Positions 13,072-26,078 of a stretch of 64,000 nt of DNA are shown piece after piece. Within the stretch, counting starts at the first letter, position 1, and each line of letters starts with the position of its first letter. The stretch is from positions 130,530 to 194,529 of the IMG/VR virus record IMGVR_UViG_3300012016_000001. One strand, 5' to 3'. A model generated the notes under the pieces. The model saw only the letters and a list, made by a program, of their open reading frames with translations, had not been told where the DNA came from and did no database searches. This DNA comes from a virus. Lineage: Duplodnaviria > Heunggongvirae > Uroviricota > Caudoviricetes. A program made the translations under genes and the position numbers.

Positions 13072-16000
13072 TTAAACTACTACTATAGGACGGAAGCTGA
13101 CAGCCGAACTCGCAGTACCAACCCCACTATTAGAATACAAGTAACCAAGACCAGCTCTGCCACCAGCATAGACGTGACCGCCCACCAGGAGCCATCTAAA
13201 AGACGTGTTTTTACTTCCAGTGTAGTTATAGTCACACTTATATGTTGTTTCAGTTCCTCCAACTGATGCTGCAAATATATTACCAGTAGTACCTAAATCG
13301 AACTCTTTTACATATCCGTCTGAGTGAATTATATGCCCAGCAAGGGTCATATTAGATGTAGTTCCATCTGCATACTTTGTTGGATCAGTAGTAGTATATA
13401 CATTCTTAGGATTACCTTCTGCATCACCTTGAACATTACATCCATCAAGATTTGTCCAAGTATCTCCAAATGGATTATCAAAGCCTCTCCACCTTGGAAC
13501 ATAAAATATTTTTGATGCTATGGTATTACTTCCGTTTACTGTCTATGGAATAATAAGAGCTTTTGTACCAGTTCTATTACCAATATCATTACAATAACCA
13601 TTAGGAGTTATTGGGTAAGTTGCATTATATCCAGACCATGAAGTAGCGGTATTAGACCATGTAGTTACTCCACTTCCAAGTCCTCCCTATCTAAAGCCCT
13701 CATTAGTAAGCATACTATTAAATGTTGCCTAACAATTAAAGTTAGCATATTCTATTACATAACACCAATAGAATATCCATTTATAATACTCATAATTAAG
13801 CATTTCCATATTATTGTTTCTACAATAAGTACGCATGTTAGCTCTTGATAGATTAGTTCTAGGTTTACCAAGATCACTTCTAAATGGGTCTGAACTTAAA
13901 TAAGTATCATAAGCACTTCTATTATTTCCTCCTCTAAAAGCTGCAGTTGTATTAACAACGGAATATGCTTTACTATTACTTACAGTAGCTCTATAAGCTC
14001 CTACAAACATCTCTGGAATTTCTTGCCAAGTAGAATTTATATATTTGGGTGATATTTTAACCCAGCAAGTTGTTCCCGTTTTTCCTGACTTACCCCAGAA
14101 TCTTGGAATATGCACCATTACCTACCCATCAGTTCCATCTAATATAGAAGGTGTTCCATCAGCTTTCTTTGACCAATCATTTTCATCTAGCCAATATATT
14201 ACTTGCTTAGTAGAGGGATTAACTACACAACCCTTAAATTGAGACTATATAGGTAGTTCTCTATGTAGATTATGACTTCCTATGCGTAATAAAGTAGTAG
14301 AAGACTAATTTTCAGTCCACTGTACTCCATAGGCAGAAGCTTCAGTAACAGGATAAATACCACTTGCTCTTTCAGGACCTAAAGTAAAACTACCAGAACC
14401 AGCATTTGCATAGAATTTCCATTCTACTTTATCCCATAATCCTGGAGTTCCGTTGTAAGAACAAGGAATATAATCTCTAATTAAATGACTATCATCATAA
14501 ATTTTTAAATAATAGACTTTCTTTACACATTTATGTTGGTATTGAGTATCTATAGTACCTGCTACATTCCTTGAGAACAAATATAATGAATAATTTGGGA
14601 AAGTTTCTATTCCTGGAGTTGCCTAAACATTATCATTTAAATATAAAATTGAATTTTTAAGTTTTATACTATACTTAGTATTAGCTATTATAGCCGAAAT
14701 AGGATTACCATAAGTATTGGCAGTTTTAGCTAATCTTATTTGCACTTTATTTACGGCGTTTAGTTCTAGTGAAAAGTTTTTACCAGATGCATAAGGTAAA
14801 GTTTCGGAAGCTGCAAAAAATATATCTTCAGTATTTGGCAATGTATTAAAAGAAATACCTAGATCAAACTCAGTGCTCGGAGTAGGAATAAAATTAGTAT
14901 CTATATATGCTGCAGAACTATCTTGTAAATACTCATACTCTTTCAAAGTAATCTTATTTCCGAGAGTAAACTACCCAGTTCCTTGATTTCTGTAGAACTT
15001 ATTTTCTACAGTATCCCACATTCCTGGTTCTCCTAGATAGGTACAAGGAAGAAAGTTTCTTACTAATGTAGACCCATTCCAAATTTTACAATAATAAAAT
15101 TTTCCTACGAAATAATACTAACCTATGTAACCTGGATCTCTAAATAACTTAATAGAAGCTCCTGAAAAAGCACTACCTGAAGCAGTACTATATGAAGTTC
15201 CATTAATTGTTAATGAAGTATGGGTATGAACAGCAGTATACACGGTATTAACAGAAGGACTAAACACATTTTGAGTTCTATCCTTTCCAGAAGCTGCATA
15301 TAAATACCCACCTAAAATAAATAATCGGAAGTTAGCTGACGTACTACTACTGCCACCATAAAACTCGATAGGGCTAGTAATACTACTGCTTATTTGAGTT
15401 TCTATTTTAGTATTAGAATTACTAGCATAACATGTATCTATCCATTGAGACCCATTATTCCCTATATAATCATATAATTCAACTCCAGCAGGAAGAATAG
15501 AACTTGTTCTTCTTACTTCATAAATCTCATCATAATTCTTTATTTCTGGACCTACTGTAAATGAACCTGTACCTGCATTTCTATAGAATTTATCTTCAAC
15601 TAAATCCCACATACCGTATTCACCATTGTATTGAGCTGGAACCATATGGCGGATCAAATTACCATTATTATCAATATCTTTATACTCATAAATCTTACAT
15701 TTAGCATTATCAGATGGAGTGGTATTTGCAGGATTGATAGTAAATAAAAATAAGTTATATTTTATGGAAAGATTAGAATTATGTCCAGATATAGTCTCTT
15801 TAGAAATATTATCAAAATAGCAATGCCCATTAACCACTTTAAGTGTATGTTTATTAGTATTTATACTTGCTAAGGTTATATAATTATATCCAGAAGAAGT
15901 ACTATTCCATCTTAATAACCAAGTACCAGAACCATAAGTAAGAGACATATTATAACCAATAAACGAAGACTACCCAAATACTCCCCAAGTTCTGTAATTT

Positions 16001-16176
16001 CCTGTATCAATTTGCTAAAAAGTTATTTCATATGTATGATTCATATACCCATATACTCCAGTATCAATATATGAATTACCATCTCCCTAAAGGTATTCAA
16101 ACCTTTTCCATTTACGAGGTCTTCTAACATTGGTGACCAGTTTGACCTGGCCACCACTATCAACGCGTTTAATCAT
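13072..16176 (-). CDS. DGR target protein (~1034 aa), putative receptor-binding protein: three tandem beta-sandwich repeats plus a C-terminal CLec-like variable domain (TAG=Gln)
   Basis: ATG at 16176. Fragments 15118-15948, 14623-14946, 14305-14580, 13729-14118 and 13072-13350 are all in frame. Repeated motif Y-x-IDT...(L)IR-x-x-x-P...G-x-WD-x-VE-x-KFY-x-N-x-G-x-G-x-FT-x-G occurs three times. Ends in the VR (...SFRP). Confidence 0.9.
13089..13192 (-). repeat. DGR variable repeat (VR), 104 bp, at the 3' end of the target gene
   Basis: Encodes LLVGGHVYAGGRAGLGYLYSNSGVGTASSAVSFR. Differs from TR only at TR-A positions (14 A>G, 4 A>C, 2 A>T). Diverges from TR after GTCAGCTTCCGTC (IMH/IMH*-like boundary). 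Confidence 0.95.
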
Positions 16177-16179
16177 AAA

Positions 16180-19100
16180 TCATTCAGTTATATAATAAGT
16201 AGTATTTGAATCTAAAGAAGAAAGAGCATTAAATTGTGCCTCAGTTCCAAACCATTCTTTTGCAATGGCTGAAATTACTCCATCATTACTTATAGTAATA
16301 CCTGGACCTGCAGTGTAATTAGTAGCTCCTCCTGTTGGTGTTCCTGATGTTGTCGAACCATTCCAGTCGTCTGTAGTAGAATTATGAGTCTTAACATTAG
16401 TGAACTTGACAGATTTAACATCATTGCCTATATACTTTGTAGTACTTGATAGATAGAATAAGTCCTCATATAATCCATAGGTGTTTTCAGAGCCATTATA
16501 TCCTATATAAGGTATTCCTATTTTTGTTGCAGCATTTACTGAACCTATTCCTGTACAAGCTGTTGTAGGATTAGCACTTTGATATAAGTAACCTCTATTA
16601 GTTCCAGAAGTTTTGCTTAAGTTAGTTGCTGTATTAGCATTACCACTTAAGGCTCCCACAAATGTTGTAGCTACAACTTCACCATTGTCCTTAATAGCCA
16701 TTAAATCTGACCAATTAGCTCCAGAGTCAGAACTCTATTGGAATGTAAATACTGCTGTGTCTGCAGTTGTATCATCTTTTAAGAAAATTCTTTGATGTAC
16801 ACTTCCACTGTTCCATAATATATGATTTACTGTATTAAATATCAAGTCTCCATTACTAGATGTAAGTCCTGCGAACGTACCTCTACCTAGAGATACTACA
16901 TTACCTGTCGAAGGCTGAACAGTAAGATTATTTGATGTATATACAACATTAGTAACAGTATCAGTAATTCCTGTATTTGCAGCTGCATTACTATTATAAC
17001 CAAGAACAACACCTCTATAATTATCAGTTGTACTTTCACTTTGCTGTACCTTACTGTCAGTATTAGTAGTATAAGAAGGTAATTTCCAGGTTCCATCTTC
17101 ACAAAGAAATTTAGTAGTTCCTGCAGTTGTGTCTGGTTTTGGAACAAGACCCGCTGCTGCAGTCGAACCGGACTTAACAAAATTTGAGTATCCTGCACTA
17201 TTAATAGTAATAGTTCCACTAGCATCTGAAGTCACAGTAGCCCTTCCAGAACCTGTTATCTTATATCTTGTATAAGAACTTCCTTCTTTTAAGATAAGAT
17301 GCACATTACCATTACTTGATTGAGCAGCAGTACTTGTACCATTAGAAGCTCCTATATAAAGAGAAGTAGTTACATTACTTGTTGGCTTAGTAACCCAAGC
17401 GAATCCATCTCCATTTGCGTTTGTTGCTAATATCTAATTTGCAGAACCATATGCAGTAGGAACCTTTATAGTTGGAAGAGAACTAGCTGAAGTATAAACA
17501 GCATAGTCAGTTCCATTAATATTTATATTTTTTGTTGAAAGTCCATGTGCAACAGAAATTATCACACTATTAGTTCCATCACCTACCTTAAATTGGTTTG
17601 TACCACCTTCAAATATTATACCAGCAGAAGAATTAGCACTTATTAGAGTATCATCACTTATATTTGTAGCTCCGGCAGTACCTTTCTTTATTGCAGTTTT
17701 ATCTGTATTTGTAGTATAACTTGGAGCTGCCCAAGTACCATCTTCACGTAAGAATTTAGTACTCTGAGTTTGTGAAGAAACAGCTGTAGATAAAGCAGGA
17801 CCGTCGGTTATTGTATTTGCTCCATTCCATTTTGCAAGGCTTCCACTAGTTCCAGAACCTGTAATATTATTCGTAATAGAGATTGTTATAGGAACTTCTA
17901 TATAGTTAGTTCCATTTCCTATTAAGAATTTATTAGTTCCTCCTTGTATTTGTAAACCTGTAGATGAACCTGCAGATATAAGAGTACTATCTGTCTTTTT
18001 TGTAGTTCCTGGAGCACCACTATCAGTTTTCAGCTTAATTCCAGTTGTATTATCATTTTTATATGCATTAGTAGGAAGTTTTCTCCATACTGGAGTAGTT
18101 GTTCCATTTACATAAGCTAATACATAATCAGTAGAAGAAGCTGCTAATGCTGCACCTCCAGTAACAAGTTTAGGAACATAACCTGCTGCACTTGTTGAGG
18201 CTGCTGTCCATGTATTTGTATCTATTTCAGTATGTGCAACAATCCAATTTGAAGAAGTACCTGGAGTATTATTAGTTAAGTAAACTACATCACCAACATG
18301 AGCAGTAACTGAAGCACCTGTTGCATCTGTAAATGAGAATTCAGTTATTACTCTAGCAAAGTCACCTTGTCCTGCGTTTGTAAGAGCTATCATTGCTGCT
18401 TCAGAAACTACAGTTCCTAAGTATTGTACTGCACCTGCAACTGAATTAGCTATAGCAGTATATACACCACCAGAGGTAATAAGTTTACCTGAACTTTCAG
18501 TTACAGTAGTATCATATTCTCTCCAAGCTGGTGCTCCTGTGTTATCAGTCATATAAACTCTTGAAGCTACACCTTTTGCAACAATACCTGCTGCATCTTT
18601 TGTATTAGAGGGAATATTACCAGAATGGTATACTGTGTGCCCATTATATGTAAAGTTGGTAGAAGATATTATAAGTCCATTAGAAGAACTAAATTGATCA
18701 TTACTAATTGTTTCGTTTGGGTGAAGATATATACCTCCTGTAGAATATATTCCTAAATTACCACTAGCAGCTATACGTGCTTTTGTTCCAAAATTTAATC
18801 CTTTATCAGTTGTAGTGGTAACAGAGCCAGTACCAACATCTATAGGTCCAGTCATAGTACCTCCACTTAATGGCAAATAAGCAGTAGAATCAAACGCTCT
18901 ACTTCCTAAAGTCTTAAGAGTCCATCCATTTGCTGTACCATTAGATACTATTGCTTGGTTTGCAGTTGTTGTACTACCTGTCAAGTCGGTATAAGCATGT
19001 TTATGTCCAACAAGTGAAACATTAGTTCCATTTACATTTGGAGTAACTGCTAATGTAATTTTACCTGTCTAATCCATTGTCATAGCGGCAACCTACGTAC

Positions 19101-20595
19101 CAGTTGAATTATCTGCATAAAGTACTAAGTTATTATCATTTCCTGCTTCTGAACCTATGTATTTAAGGCCAAATCCATAAACACCCGAAGTTGATACATT
19201 GGCAGCTGAACCATGATTGATTCTCCATAACCAAATGTCTTGATTATTAGAAGATAAAGCTATCATAGGATCATCTGAAGCTGCACTGTAATATCTCTTT
19301 ATAGCACCGGTCATAGTACCTCCAGCAAGAGGAAGCTTAGTATTATCTCTAGCTGAACCATTAGCAAGCAAATAACCTTGTTTTGCACTAAGAGATTCAG
19401 TAGTGTTTGTACTACTTGTTAAATTATCTTGTATACCTCTCCATGTATTTTGATAGGCTTTAGCTGGAAGTTTCTTCCAAGAAGGAGTTAATGTTCCAGA
19501 AGATGAATATACAAAAGCCAATACATAGTCATTTGTAGAATCAGCTAATTCATCCCCTCCATTTACTAACTTTGGAACTACGCCACTCTAACTACTATTA
19601 GCAGAATTAGCAGCAATAGTCAAAGTTCTATTCGTAGCATCATTAGTAAATGTAATATTATCACCTTGTATTAATGTAAAGTCATCAGCTGTACTTTGAT
19701 TGGCGGTAAAATCACTTAAGGTTGTAATAGTATCACCTATCTTAGATTTAATACTGTAAGTTCCATTATTTACAGTATATGTATTGTTTAAATAGGCATT
19801 AGCAGGTAACTTTTTCCAAGTTGGAGTAAGTGTTCCTGATGCAGCATAAGTAAATGCAAGTACATAATCGTTAGTACTATCTGCTAGTGTAGCTCCACCA
19901 CTTACTAACTTGGGAGCATATCCAACTTGTGCGCTAGTAGCTGCTTGCCATTTAGATGTTATTGTAAGTATTCCATTTTTAGCCTTTACTGTAGTACCAG
20001 TTCCATCACCTATTATCTGTACTCCTCCGGATTTAGCACTATTTTCTACTATATTCAGGTAAGTTGCATTATTTGCTGTATCTGAAGTAGCATTAGATGT
20101 TGCAGCAGATCCCCCAAGTACAGGGATTGCTGTATAATGAGTATTATTTTCCCATGGTACATCTACATAAATCTTTCCATTACCATTCATCTTAACCCAG
20201 TACTATTTACCTGAAATATTTGTAGTAGAATCCTAAGCTACTCCTAATACAATTGCACCTTTTGCAGAATCAGTTGCTAAAGGTAATCTAGCTGCATCAA
20301 ACTCTCCATTAGTAATCTTAGATGCATTTAAACTAGGGATATCAGCAGCTACTAAATATCTAAAACTAGGAACTCCATTCTAAGATGATGGTGCAGCTAA
20401 TACCGTATTTTTAATCTAAGAACCAAAAGAACTAAGTCCTATTGTTATAGGTATTACTGTGTCTGTTGATCCTTCCTAAGCCCAAGTAATAGTAGCTACC
20501 AACTTTCCAGCATTAGTTCCATCAGCAGGATTACTAAATTGTATGTCTTTGACTACATGGGTACCACCATGTAGGTAACTATCCTTTATATTCAT
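16180..20595 (-). CDS. Long repetitive tail fibre (~1471 aa; TAG=Gln)
   Basis: Fragments 19588-20190, 19093-19521, 17434-18984, 16735-17304 and 16180-16701 are in frame. G/S/T/A-rich, with fibre motifs YLPLSGGTMTG, LPLAGGTMTG and TKFLREDGTW. Confidence 0.8.
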
Positions 20596-21218
20596 ATTAA
20601 TTTTTTATATTTAATTGTTAAGTTAACATTACTTTCACTTTGCGTAGTAGCTAGTTTTAGGTAACCAGTTCCAGAAGTAGTACCTATTTTAGCATATAAT
20701 CTACCTCTATTTACTCCACCTACTGAGTCAATTTGCCCCGCCTAGTGTAGTATTATCTCGTCTTCTACTGTTCCAGTAGCTACATATGAGAATACTCCTG
20801 TGTAGATACATGAAGCATATGTTATTTGTATTATATAAGATCCATCAGATAATCTAGAGTTTATAGAATCCACGTTAGTCCAACTAGTAGTAAGATTTAT
20901 TCCTGATAAAACTGATTGAACTACATTAGATCCTGACATATCTAAATCACTTGCGTCTTTCCATTCATATCCATTTTCTAAAGCAGTTAAAATTTGTCCA
21001 GCTGTACCCTTTTGAATATAACTAGTTACCTAAGAAGCTGATTGATAAGGAATACCATATACCGTAGTTCCTGACAAATATTTAGCATAGACATCTTTTG
21101 CAGCATCAGTAGGACTACTATATCCAGCTCTAGTTACAGAAATAGTTCCATCTGAATTAATCTCTAACTCCTTTAGTAATGTTTTGTCAATGTGCGAATA
21201 ATCATGTATTAAATTCAT
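20592..21218 (-). CDS. Tail fibre-associated protein (~208 aa; TAG=Gln)
   Basis: 21030-21218 and 20742-20939 are in frame. C-terminus DEIILH...RLYAKI...TIKYKKLI. Confidence 0.7.
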
Positions 21219-22507
21219 AACAATTTCCTAAAGCTAACAGTTAAAGAATAATTATTTAAAGGATTACTAGCAGCTAACCATAAACTTGCTTTAGAATTCA
21301 CAGAGCTAGGAGCTATCTTAGCATATAAATGTACATTACTATTATTACCGCACTCATGCATTAGTACTTCTTCGTCAGAGGAAATAGTTGTGTCTACTAT
21401 TATTGAGGCTACTCCAGAGTAAATAGAGCTACCATATAAAATGTTAATAGCATAAGTTCCAGTTTCTTCTAAAAGTTCACTAAGATTTATTTCAGTTACC
21501 TCTGCCCAACTCGTACTAACTGCAAAAGCTATAGGACTAACACTCTTAGTTTCTTCTGGAAGTGTTATACTTACCCATTCTAAATTACCTTGCTAGTTTC
21601 TATGAAGATATGTATCTACACTGTTAGAAACAGGTAATACTGGACTCCAAGTTCCATCTCCTTTTAAAAAGGTATTTGTATTTGTAGGTGCTGGAACTAT
21701 ACCTGAAGTACCGCTAGTTGATCCAGAAGGTCCTGTAAATATATCATGTTCAGAAATTAACTTAGTAAATGTTGAATAAGATGAACCTTTTATATAGAGC
21801 GACGGATAACTTAAATTAGTTAATTTTAGTTGATAATAATTAGCAGATGTACCGTCATCATTAATATTCATTACTATCCATCCTTCTTCAGAATTTCCTC
21901 CAAGTCTAGAATTAGTAACAGAACTATTCTAAGGGGCAATACTACTTTTATCATGCTAAGCATAGTATATAGTTCCTTTATATACTTCAGCAAAATTATA
22001 CTATATTGTATTATTAGCTACAGTTATACTAACATTAGTAGAATCAAAAATAGGAATGTTTTTCGTAATAGAGCCCTCCTAGTATATCCTACTCAGCGAG
22101 TACTTAGAATCAAATATAGTTTTATCATTAGCATTTCCTATATGTACTCCCGTATGAGGGTCTGCTTTCTAAGAATACCTTAATAAAGTGTGTGTATCAG
22201 CTACTATGCTATAAGAAGCTGGATAAGTAAGTATTCCTTCGGTATAAGAATGTAGCCCTAGATCAACATCCTAAGTTTTCTTATGGTAATAGTCGCCTAG
22301 GGCTACGTTATAATCAACTCCTGCAATTCTTAAAGTTACATTTGGGTTATTTGCGGTAGAAGTCACTCCATTTATAAAGATACCATGTGTCCAAATTTGA
22401 CGAGTGTCTTCAATTACTACTATGCTGGATTGAGGAAAAGGATTTTCGCCTTGTTGTATTAACTCAAATTGAGCTTTTGTTTCTACCGAAATTAGTTTTG
22501 AATACAT
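21215..22507 (-). CDS. Tail fibre-associated protein (~430 aa; TAG=Gln)
   Basis: 22271-22507 and 21593-21871 are in frame. Contains GIVPAP..FLKGDGTW and ends EEVLMH...HLYAKI...TVSFRKLL. Confidence 0.7.
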
Positions 22508-22509
22508 TG

Positions 22510-24678
22510 TTATTTTACATATGTAATATTACCAGATGCATCTATTTCTGTCCAACATAGACCAAGGTCATTTTCATCTACTAGGAAATCTTTACTAAAT
22601 GTTAAAGATGAAGAATCATTTAATTGTCCTTGTGTAAGATTGGTTCCTCCCTGACTATATACATAAATAGGTCTCCAAGAAGAAGATATTGATAATACTC
22701 CATCATTTTCATTAGTAAGAGTAATGTGAGTTCCTTGCTTTAATTTAAGAGCTCCTGACTATGTATTGGTTAACAAGTCAGTCTAAGTAAAGTTAGATCC
22801 ATTAGGTGTTAGTATACTTATTGGACGATACTTATGTGCGAAACTAATTGTTAAGTCAACTACAGCTGTTTTATTACTTCCAGAGTAAACCATTCCATTG
22901 TCTACATTTCTTGAAGCTTTTGAAATAGTTACATCAGTTCCAGACTTAAAGTTATATCCAACTTTTGCAGAACCGTTATAAGATAAATCAGTTACTTCTC
23001 CATTTACTCCTATATAAAGAGAATTTGGATTTGGAAGACTAGTAACTTCTGCAAACGAAGTAACATGTCCATAAGCGTCAGTAGTAATTTTACCTAACTT
23101 AGCAGTACTTACCTAAGTATGAGTTGCATGGTCTAATGTCCAAGTATCATTGCTTAAATTAAGAGTAAGAGCACTTCCAATATTTAATATTTTTTCTGTA
23201 GTAGAATTATATTCAAATTCTGTACTATTTTGTACTAATTTAAGTTTTTCAGAAGCATTTGATACAATAGCTTTTGGATTGATTGTATAGGTTATTGTTC
23301 CATTTGCTCCTTCTGTTCCAAAAGATATAAGTAAAGGATCAGTTGTACTAGTACCTGTTACAGTCTTTAGTATTATATTCTTATTAGATATAGTTGAACC
23401 TGAAGTAGAACCTTGATAGAAAGTTCTCCATAATGTACTCTTAGCAACCCATTCTATTGTTTCAGAACTTGCATTAAATTTTAGATATCCATCTCCATCA
23501 GTAGGAAATGATAAAGATTCAATATTTCTAGAATTGTTGGCATACAAAATACCATTCAGAACATCTGCACTAGTTAAAGCTCCATCAATATTATTTTGTA
23601 TTACAGTAAAGTCTGAACCTTTAAATGTGCTACCTTTATCGTTTATACATAGAAGTATATCTCCTGGTTCTACTGTATAAGTTACTTGATATCCAGGTTC
23701 TCCTAACACTAAGTTACCTGCTTGGGTAAACTTCATTGTATAACCAGCCTTATAAGAGAAGCTTGATGAATTTATAGTTGTTGTTCCATCAATTACATTA
23801 CTAAGAATGGCTGAGTTATGTGATACAAATGTTCCAGATGCAGTAATTGTTCCTACAAATATTAATGCATCATTCTCTGAAAATAGTTGTTCCGCATAAG
23901 AATTTGCAGATTCTATAGCATTTTTAACAGCTAATGGCGTAGCAGCTGTATGTCCTGTCTCTGCATCCTAGGTTCCATCTATTGCGTCAGATAGTTTAAC
24001 TGTACCAGTTAGTACATCAGTAGCTTCTACTTTAGCTGCATATTTATTGACTAGAGACGTACCGTTTTCGTATATTTCAGCAGCATAAAGTTTTCCATCT
24101 TTATTTATCTTTATAGTAGAACTATATTTAGGCTATTCTACATTTGTACTAGAAACTCCTATTAAATAATAATCTGCAGCTTCGTTAGTTAGTGCAGCTG
24201 CTTTTACTTTAGTAGCATCTAATGTTAGATCTTGAATAGCTGTGATATGTCCATAAGAATCAACTGTAATCTAAGGTATTTTTGCAGTGTTTAAAGGAGT
24301 ATTACTTCCATAGGTAGCAGCTACTAAGTTTTCTGGCTGTTTATGAGTAATAGTATATGCTTTTTCATCACTACTACTTCTAGTAGCCGTTATAATAGAA
24401 TCTCCTGTGATATTACCTACTACTGATATAGCAGCAAGTTGTGTATTACCGTCAGTTAATTGCAGCTTGCCTGATGAAGCAGCCCATGATAATCCAAGAC
24501 CTTCAACGGTATTATTTATTACCTTATATAATCTAAATTTCTATCCGTGTGTATAAAAGTATCCATCATCTGTAATAGAGATACTTAGAAATCCTTCAGC
24601 ACTAGCATTACTACCTATTACTCCAGGAAATTCTTGTTCAAGGATAGTTGAAGACGCAGCAAATATTAATTTTCCCAT
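22510..24678 (-). CDS. Tail fibre-like structural protein (~722 aa; TAG=Gln)
   Basis: ATG at 24678, in frame with 23113-23736. Motifs ITVDSYGHIT, GTVKLSDA and AATPLAVK are typical of tail fibres. Confidence 0.7.
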
Positions 24679-24688
24679 TATTTAAATA

Positions 24689-25744
24689 TTAATTAACTTC
24701 TTTCCATCTAATCTATACTATACTATTTTTTGCAACGAAATCTTCTCCAAATTCCCAAGTAGAATCAAGTTTATTAGTAATTAGCTGTTCATCTTTAGCT
24801 TTAACAACCATTTTATGTTTTTGAAAATAGTCATGTACTGCATAAGGAGAAGCAGCTAATGCAATAACATTTTTGTTTAGTTTATCAGTATTAGTACTTG
24901 AACGTTCTGGGTTATCTGGAATTTCGTCTACTAGCATAACATGTCCATAAGTATTTAAGGAAGCACCTCCATAATCAGGAATATCAGATATATGAATTTT
25001 AGGAGTAGCTGTACCTTCAACTTCACCTTTAATTTTACCTTCAATTACTCCGTTTTTAACTATTACATTTCCATTATTAACAACGAGAACATTAGTATCT
25101 TCGACACCTTTTATTATCATTTTAGGTACTGTCAGTTCTCCAGTAGCATTATTAAAAGTGGCCTGTGCTTTTCTTGTTATATTAGTATCATCTTGAGACT
25201 CACCTCTTTCAGCAAGTAATAGCTATCTATTTTCATTCTTTGAATCAGATTCCCTCTATTCAACGTAATCTCTTATAGTTGCTGTTTTCTATTTTATACT
25301 AGTAATATGTCCTGCAGCATCAACATCAATTGAAAAAGTTGGAACTGCATTAGTACCAAATAAATCAACATTAGTTCCATAGTTTCCAGCTTCTACGCCA
25401 GTTTTCTTATGGTAAAGTTTATTGTCTTTCCATTCTAAAAAATCATCAGTGTCTATTCTTGTTAGAGCATCACAAGAAATAATAACACTTTTACCTTGAC
25501 TTTTTAAAGATATACTTTCTGAACCTGGAACTATATTAAAGCTATCTTCTGATAAGGACACATTAACAATATTATCCATTTCCGAAATCCTTATACTTTC
25601 ATGTCCTGCCTAGAAAAAATGGTTATTAAACCAAATTTCATTAGTGTCTTCTATAAAGCATAAAGGGCTTAGATTGGACGGAAAACTTTCATACATATTA
25701 TTAAAAGTTTCCCTTTTTATGAAATATAAAAATTTACTATCCAT
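24689..25744 (-). CDS. Tail fibre-like structural protein (~351 aa; TAG=Gln)
   Basis: 25289-25579 and 24713-25120 are in frame. Motifs VDAAGHIT, YGHVML and AASPYAV. Confidence 0.7.
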
Positions 25745-26078
25745 ATACTTTAGTGGTCATCAATGCATCCAATGTAGCTAAGGATTCATCTATTGTAAAG
25801 TCTCTTTTTATATAGTTACCATCAAAGTTTACTCTTATATCCTATCCGTTTAATTCAGGTGAATCAAGAATTGGATATCCGTTTACTTTAATTTTTGCTA
25901 ACTATTCTAGAAACTATGTTATTTTTTGATCTAGGTTAGCACTATCTAGAAATACTACCCATTTTGCTTGAGTATCATCATATCTAAGAAGTTCAGATTC
26001 GTTTCTTAACCATATATGATACAGGGTAGGAGGCTCAGAGTTTCCTCTCCAAATGCTTACTTGTTTATTCTGAATCAT
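25734..26078 (-). CDS. Hypothetical virion-block protein (~114 aa; TAG=Gln)
   Basis: MIQNKQVSIWRGNSEPPTLYHIW...; overlaps both neighbours at start and stop. Confidence 0.6.

Larger units (their letters stand above)
11580..16176 (-). mobile_element. Diversity-generating retroelement cassette (target/VR - TR - spacer - RT)
   Basis: RT with SQ and YADD motifs, an adenine-specific TR/VR pair and the target gene are collinear. Confidence 0.93.

Noticed and set aside
12937-13192. Direct repeat pair as a CRISPR array or simple duplication
   Set aside because: Only two 104-bp copies, with all mismatches at adenines of one copy. No repeat-spacer array was seen anywhere in the window.
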